Shown here in pieces: positions 27,346-32,000 of a stretch of 32,000 bases of DNA. This DNA is from Propionibacterium ruminifibrarum (lineage in GTDB: Bacteria > Actinomycetota > Actinomycetes > Propionibacteriales > Propionibacteriaceae), in the NCBI RefSeq assembly GCF_900289195.1, contig NZ_OMOH01000004.1:150001-182000 (forward strand), written 5' to 3'. The notes below the pieces were generated by a model. The model was not told the origin of the DNA, did no database searches, and worked only from the letters and a program-made list of their open reading frames with translations. Position numbers and translations under genes: made by a program. The first letter of the stretch is position 1. Every line of letters begins with the position of its first letter.

Positions 27346-27715
27346 TGCGCATTCTCCTTTGACATGCCTCTGCGTGGGCGGGCCCCTGCCGGACGCCCGT
27401 AACACCCACCGGCGACGGCCAGCGCTGACGATGGGTCGGCACCGATGGCTGTGACGCCTGCATTCCACTTGTCTCTTCGATTGTGCGGACCGACCGGCCA
27501 CCCACTACTGGTTTCCGGTGGTTCCGCGCTCGTGCACGCCGGTGACGGGCGCACGACTGATTCTCCCCTTTCCGGGCGGGGGCCTCAACCTGCCCGCCAC
27601 GGAGCGAGACCGGCGACACGGGGCCGGTCCCTCGACAAGGTCACTGTAAGCCCTGGACGGGCCGTCCGGCGATTCCTTGGATGTTTGCTTCCGACGAACG
27701 CGACGAATCACCCGG

Positions 27716-28606
27716 TCATGGGGCCAGTTTCATGGAGCCGGCGGGGCGCCGCAGGTGGGCGCCGGCCCTGCGGGCGCGTTCCTCGACGATCTCGATGACC
27801 CGGGCCGCCGCCTCCTCCAGGGCCAGCCCGGTGGTGTCGACGACCGGGCAGCCGAGGGAACGCTGGACCTGGCCGACCTCGTCGAGTTCGTCGTAGATGC
27901 TCAGCAGGTCGGCGTAGCCGTCCTGCTGTCCGAAACCGCCCATGCCCTTCACGCGGCGGGTGCGGATCTGAAGCAGGCGTTCGGCGTCGATCGTCAGGCC
28001 GACGATGCGCCACCGGTCGATGGTCCGCAGCTGCGGGGGCGGGGCGATGCCCGGCACGATCGGCACGTTCACCGTCTTGTAGCCGGCGTAGCCGAGGTAG
28101 ATGGACAGCGGCGTCTTGCCCGAGCGGGAGGCGCCCACCAGGCAGATGTCGCACTCGCGCAGCGAGTCGGGCATGACGCCGTCGTCGTTGCGCACGGCGA
28201 ACTCCATCGCCGAGATGCGGTCGAAGTAGTCGGCCTCGACGCCGACCGGGCGCATCGGCACCTCGTCGGCGTCCGCGCCGGCGGCCTCGCCCAGCGCGGC
28301 GAGGGCGTCACCCATGAGGTCGGCGCACGGGATGGACTTGTCGCTGCAGAAGCGGGCCACCATGCCGCGCAGCTCGCCGTTGACGAGCGTGTAGAAGATG
28401 GCGCGCCCGGCCTGGCCCCGTTCGGGGTCGGCGGAGGCACTGATCGCGTCGAACACCTCGAGCATCTGCTCGGCGTTGTGCACCCGGGAGTGCCGGACGA
28501 TCTGGAACTCGTGGTCGGGGAACTGCATGCGGGCCGCCCTGGCCAGCCGCGCGGCCGTCTCACCCGAGGAGTCGGCGATGACGTGGATCTCCAGTGATGG
28601 GCTCAT
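27716..28606 (-). CDS. Pyruvate phosphate dikinase / PEP synthase regulatory protein (bifunctional kinase-pyrophosphorylase, DUF299), 296 aa
   Basis: IHVIADSSGETA at the N-terminus and the P-loop LVGASRSGKTPLSIYL are typical of the PDRP family. The gene is upstream of ppdK on the same strand. Confidence 0.88.
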   Translation of the reverse strand: MSPSLEIHVIADSSGETAARLARAARMQFPDHEFQIVRHSRVHNAEQMLEVFDAISASADPERGQAGRAIFYTLVNGELRGMVARFCSDKSIPCADLMGDALAALGEAAGADADEVPMRPVGVEADYFDRISAMEFAVRNDDGVMPDSLRECDICLVGASRSGKTPLSIYLGYAGYKTVNVPIVPGIAPPPQLRTIDRWRIVGLTIDAERLLQIRTRRVKGMGGFGQQDGYADLLSIYDELDEVGQVQRSLGCPVVDTTGLALEEAAARVIEIVEERARRAGAHLRRPAGSMKLAP

Positions 28607-29091
28607 GGGCGGAAGTCTACGGGCAGCCGGGGCAGCGAGGAGGCTCGGCGACCAGCCGGGCTCACAGGGGTAGGGCGCAGGAACTTCGACGAAAGCGCCT
28701 TGGGTCGTCAGACCATTTGTTACGAACCGGCCGGAAGATCGCGCCGACGGCGAGCAGCCCCTCGACGTGTTGACGTCTCCCCTTATCGGATAACGATTCT
28801 TGGTTCACGGGAAAACATGTGGTATTGTGCGCTCGCGCATCGTGCCCTGTGCCTTTCACGCCCCCTTCGTGAATAGCCTCCAAGGGCCTGTTCAGTGCCG
28901 CCCCGGGATGCGCATGCTCGAACCATGGCGAAGCCCTTCGAGGGGCGCCACGGAAATCCTCTTGACGACGCCGAGGATAGATGAGTGGGGCGAAACTCCA
29001 CGTGACAGTCCACCGAGCATGGACCCACTGGCCGAATCAAGGACACGCCGATGTGACATCCACTGCGGGCGTCGCACGACAAGGAGACAAT

Positions 29092-29895
29092 GTGACACGA
29101 ACGAGAACTGCGCGGATCACGATTGCATGCGCGATCGCCTACATCCTCGTCATGGGGCTGGGCAATGCAATCGTCCACAACTTCTCCCACGTTAGTTACG
29201 GGGATACCAATTATGTCAGGGCGATGCTGCCCTTCCTCTTCCTCTTGGCCGCGGGGACACTGTGTTGCTTCCTCGTCCGCAGGAAGCAGCTGGCCCCGGT
29301 GAGCAATGAACGCGGCAGGCTGCCGCTGTTCCTGTTGCTGTTCCTCCCACTGGTGGGCATGGCCCTGTTCTACGTCTTCACGAACGGGGAGCTGAGCGCC
29401 GCGTTCCTGACCCCGCTCGTAGCCACCCTGCTCGTGGGTTTCGCCGAGGAGATGATGTTCCGTCGGATTCTCTACATGGGACTGCTTCGCGAGCCCGGCG
29501 GGCAGAGCCTCAAGGGCGCCCTGCTCGTCTCCTCAGTCGTCTTCAGTCTGCTTCACTCGGTCAATGTCCTCGCCGGATCCCCCTTCTCGAACGTGCTGGT
29601 GCAGCTTGTAACCACTTTCGTCGCCGGATTGTTCTACGCCTTGATGTACGACTACACGAGAAACATCGGCCTGCTCATTGCCTCGCACTTCCTCTGGGAT
29701 TATCTCCTGCTGGGCGGGGCCGCGACGAAGATTCCCGTATTCGGCGTCGTTATCACGATGCTGAACGTCGCACAGTTCATCATCGTCGTCGTGTTCCTCG
29801 TGCAGAGGTGGAAGCAGGAGAAGGCGCACGAGACCGCCCAGCAGGCTGCAGCGCCCCGCGACCACGATTCGATGAACACCACGACCGGGATGTGA
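29092..29895 (+). CDS. CPBP-family intramembrane glutamic endopeptidase (CAAX protease / Abi-like), 267 aa
   Basis: The GTG start at 29092 is preceded by AAGGAG (29081..29086). Motif 1 is FAEEMMFRR, motif 2 is FSLLH, and motif 3 is SHFLWD. The protein is polytopic. Both the gene and its upstream region are visibly less GC-rich than the rest of the window. Confidence 0.8.
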   Translation: MTRTRTARITIACAIAYILVMGLGNAIVHNFSHVSYGDTNYVRAMLPFLFLLAAGTLCCFLVRRKQLAPVSNERGRLPLFLLLFLPLVGMALFYVFTNGELSAAFLTPLVATLLVGFAEEMMFRRILYMGLLREPGGQSLKGALLVSSVVFSLLHSVNVLAGSPFSNVLVQLVTTFVAGLFYALMYDYTRNIGLLIASHFLWDYLLLGGAATKIPVFGVVITMLNVAQFIIVVVFLVQRWKQEKAHETAQQAAAPRDHDSMNTTTGM

Positions 29896-29958
29896 GGCCG
29901 CTCCGCCGCTGCCCGGACCCCGATCGCACGGGCCAACCTTCTCAGGGGCGTGACGATG

Positions 29959-30000
29959 CGGCGGGGCAGCCCAATGCTCTCGGACTGGGCTGCCCCGCCG
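29959..30000. terminator. Strong hairpin between convergent genes (candidate bidirectional terminator)
   Basis: cggcggggcagccc (29959..29972) pairs perfectly with gggctgccccgccg (29987..30000), giving a 14-bp stem and a 14-nt loop. There is no U-tract on either strand. Confidence 0.45.
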
Positions 30001-30103
30001 TACTCATGTGACGGCCGACAGTCCGCAAGGATCGGTTCAGAACCGCCTCGGATGAGCGGTCATGGCTGCCCGACCCGACCCTCACCTCAAGCCGCGCGTC
30101 GGA

Positions 30104-30937
30104 TCAGAGGACATTCTCAGACCCGTCGTCGGCCCAGCCGCTCCTCGTGGTGAGGAGACGGGGCGAGTAGCTCACGTCGGCCAGGACGGGCAGCCGCTCC
30201 CTGGCCCGGTCGGCCAGGGCGAGGTCGAGGTTGACGACGGCCAGGTCGGGCTGCTCCCCCAGTTCGAGGAGCACCCGGCCCGAGGGGTCCACGACCATCG
30301 AGTGGCCCACCCCGGTGGGCAGACCGTAATCCTCGGCGGGGCCGGCCTGGTCGACGGCGACGACGAAGGACACCGAGTCCATCGCCCGCGCCGTGACGAG
30401 GGTCCGCCACTGGTGCACCTTGTCCGGGCCGGGCGCCCAGGAGGCGCACACGAGCATGGCGCGGGCGCCGCGGCGGGCCAGCTCGGTGAACTGGGCCGGG
30501 AAGCGGACGTCGTAGCAGATGGCGAGGCCGAGGCGTTCGCCCGCGACCTCGGCGACGACCAGCCGGTCGCCGGGCGCCACCCGGTCGGACTCCCGCTGCC
30601 CGAGGGCGTCGAAGAGGTGGATCTTGTCGTAGCAGACCAGGTCCCGGTCCGTGACGAGAAGCGTGTTGCGCACCCTGCCGTCCGGGGCCGTCGTGAACAT
30701 GCCAGCCGCGATGACGACGCCCAGCTCGGCGGCGAGGGCCTGCACGGCGCTCGCCCACGGCCCGCCGGCGGGCTCGGCCGCCCTCGCCGGGTTCCGGCGG
30801 AAGGAACACATCGTGGCCTCGGGGAACACGACGAGTTCGGCCCCCTCGCGTGCGGCGCGGGAGGCGAAATCCGAGACCAGCGCCAGGTTCTCCTGGGGAT
30901 CGGTGGTGACCGTGAGCTGGGCGAGAGCGATCCGCAT
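30104..30937 (-). CDS. Carbon-nitrogen hydrolase (nitrilase superfamily) protein, 277 aa
   Basis: Start at MRIALAQL (ATG complement 30935..30937). The catalytic triad context is VVFPE (Glu), YDKIHLF (Lys) and LAICYDVRFP (Cys). Confidence 0.88.
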   Translation of the reverse strand: MRIALAQLTVTTDPQENLALVSDFASRAAREGAELVVFPEATMCSFRRNPARAAEPAGGPWASAVQALAAELGVVIAAGMFTTAPDGRVRNTLLVTDRDLVCYDKIHLFDALGQRESDRVAPGDRLVVAEVAGERLGLAICYDVRFPAQFTELARRGARAMLVCASWAPGPDKVHQWRTLVTARAMDSVSFVVAVDQAGPAEDYGLPTGVGHSMVVDPSGRVLLELGEQPDLAVVNLDLALADRARERLPVLADVSYSPRLLTTRSGWADDGSENVL

Positions 30938-31170
30938 GGGCCCACTCTCGTCCCTGAGCGCCGCCTGCGGCAACACCCTCTCGCGGGGACCCGACCCTGC
31001 CGTCCGCGTTCGCCCTCACCGACGCGATACAGCATCGCCCACTCGCGGGCCGTGACTCATGCTCCGCCGGGCACAACGCCTTCGCGGCGCGCCAATACTG
31101 AATCACCGGTGCGTCTCCGGGACTGTGGACAGTGCCGCGCGCCCGACCGTCCGGTTCTAGACTTCGCGGC

Positions 31171-31533
31171 ATGGCCGTCTTCGAGCAGCACACCACCCTC
31201 AGCAGGCAGTACCCCCTGCCCTACGCCACCGTCTTCAACGCAGTACCCCAGGTGATCCAGCACCTGGGCCACCGACTGCAACACGCGGACCCGAACCAGG
31301 GCATCATCCGGTTCTCGACCGGCATGAGTCTCACCACGTGGGGCGAGAACCTCACGGCGCAGATCGCCCCGGTCGACCCGCAGCAGTCGGCAACCGCCGT
31401 CCAGCTGACCTCCAGCGGCGCCCTGCCCACGCTCATCGCTCAGGGCAAGCGCAACCGCAAGGTGATCAACGCGTTCTTCGATGAGTTGGACCGGGCCCTG
31501 CAGTGGCAGCAGGGCGCCCCCGGGCAGGGCTGA
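31171..31533 (+). CDS. Hypothetical protein, 120 aa
   Basis: ATG at 31171 (MAVFEQHTTL...). Third-position GC is very high throughout and there is no TM segment. I do not recognise the family. Confidence 0.55.
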   Translation: MAVFEQHTTLSRQYPLPYATVFNAVPQVIQHLGHRLQHADPNQGIIRFSTGMSLTTWGENLTAQIAPVDPQQSATAVQLTSSGALPTLIAQGKRNRKVINAFFDELDRALQWQQGAPGQG

Positions 31534-31566
31534 GACGGCGGGCGCCCGACACTCCGCGGCCGCCAC

Positions 31567-31586
31567 GACGCCATCGGCTTGGCGTC
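31567..31586. terminator. Short hairpin between convergent genes
   Basis: gacgcca (31567..31573) pairs with tggcgtc (31580..31586), giving a 7-bp stem and a 6-nt loop. Confidence 0.3.
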
Positions 31587-31591
31587 CCGGA

Positions 31592-32000
31592 CTATTCGAG
31601 CCCCATGACGAACCGCCGACTGAATACCATCCCCGGTTGGATAACGAGCGTTCCGTCCTCGGGCAGATCGAGGTCGTGACCATGACTGGCGGCACGATCA
31701 TGGACCTCTTGGTAACTACCCATCTGAGGTTCGATCGTGCCGTCCGGCGCCCAGTAGAAGACATTGCGGCTCAAAAGCCCTCCGGGATTGTTGAACCCCG
31801 CCTCAGGGGTGAAGGAGCCAATCATCTGGGCGATGCCGAGGATACTGGTGAGGCCTTCTTCGCGCGTCGGGAGCGAATACATCAGGAGTGACCGGTTCGG
31901 CACCGCGAAGAGCAGGCCGTCAGGCGCCTCCACGCCGAGCCGCCCCAGCAGCGCGGGTATGTTCCCGATCTTGGACGCGATGAACATCGAGTCGCCTGTT
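31592..32000 (-). CDS. Hypothetical protein, probably the 3' part of a gene continuing past the right edge
   Basis: The frame is open from 31592 to the window end, with no stop upstream of the ATG at 31987. The GC content is lower than the window average. I do not recognise the family. Confidence 0.45.
   Translation of the reverse strand, partial: TGDSMFIASKIGNIPALLGRLGVEAPDGLLFAVPNRSLLMYSLPTREEGLTSILGIAQMIGSFTPEAGFNNPGGLLSRNVFYWAPDGTIEPQMGSYQEVHDRAASHGHDLDLPEDGTLVIQPGMVFSRRFVMGLE

Noticed and set aside
28817-28876. 19-codon mini-ORF (MWYCALAHRALCLSRPLRE) in the CPBP upstream region, considered as a possible leader or bacteriocin-like peptide
   Set aside because: There is no convincing RBS, only 2-3 nt after ggaaaac. 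Its ATG overlaps the best -10 candidate, so it would lie upstream of the putative start site. It is too short to evaluate without conservation data.
28800-29195. 131-aa plus-strand ORF (and minus-strand ORFs 28662..28883, 28783..29190 and 28892..29098) in the CPBP upstream region
   Set aside because: There is no codon-position GC bias, and the start is a TTG with no RBS. The ORF overlaps the CPBP start in another frame, and its Cys/Arg-rich sequence has no family features.

Overview
This is a high-GC actinobacterial chromosomal segment. All calls come from reading the sequence and the ORF track, with no searches run. The gene content hints at Propionibacteriaceae, but that is inference only: pyruvate phosphate dikinase with its regulatory kinase, a B12-riboswitch cbiMNQO-cobA cluster, and gadBC. 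About 27 coding regions are supportable. In window order they are: a truncated-looking DUF364/DUF4213 gene, a frameshifted DUF559/AbiEi-like pseudogene, and a DinB-family gene. An Old Yellow Enzyme flavin oxidoreductase, the gadB-gadC acid-resistance operon, and a divergent LysR regulator and VOC/glyoxalase pair follow. Next are a cobalamin riboswitch with cbiM-cbiN-cbiQ-cbiO and cobA, then hrpB. A membrane alpha/beta-hydrolase follows, then a Pit phosphate transporter with a translationally coupled small membrane ORF. After these come an OmpR-type response regulator and histidine kinase, a small tail-anchored ORF, and a large repeat-containing FHA protein. The window ends with ppdK and its regulatory protein, a CPBP intramembrane protease in a lower-GC patch, a C-N hydrolase and two hypothetical proteins. 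No transposase, CRISPR-cas, tRNA or rRNA was seen. The most unusual signal is a family of 43-bp perfect-hairpin repeats embedded in ~95-bp units, with 7 copies in the first 3.1 kb. Two co-oriented 3-unit arrays bracket the DinB gene, and one inverted solo copy sits exactly where the DUF364 ORF ends. Other points worth a second look are helically phased direct repeats upstream of gadB and a PHO-box-like direct repeat between pit and the two-component system. Also notable are tandem coding repeats in the FHA protein, tandem TGACCnGTCA palindromes in its promoter, and the lower-GC CPBP island with a long leader. The many long antisense ORFs in the track are treated as high-GC artefacts.
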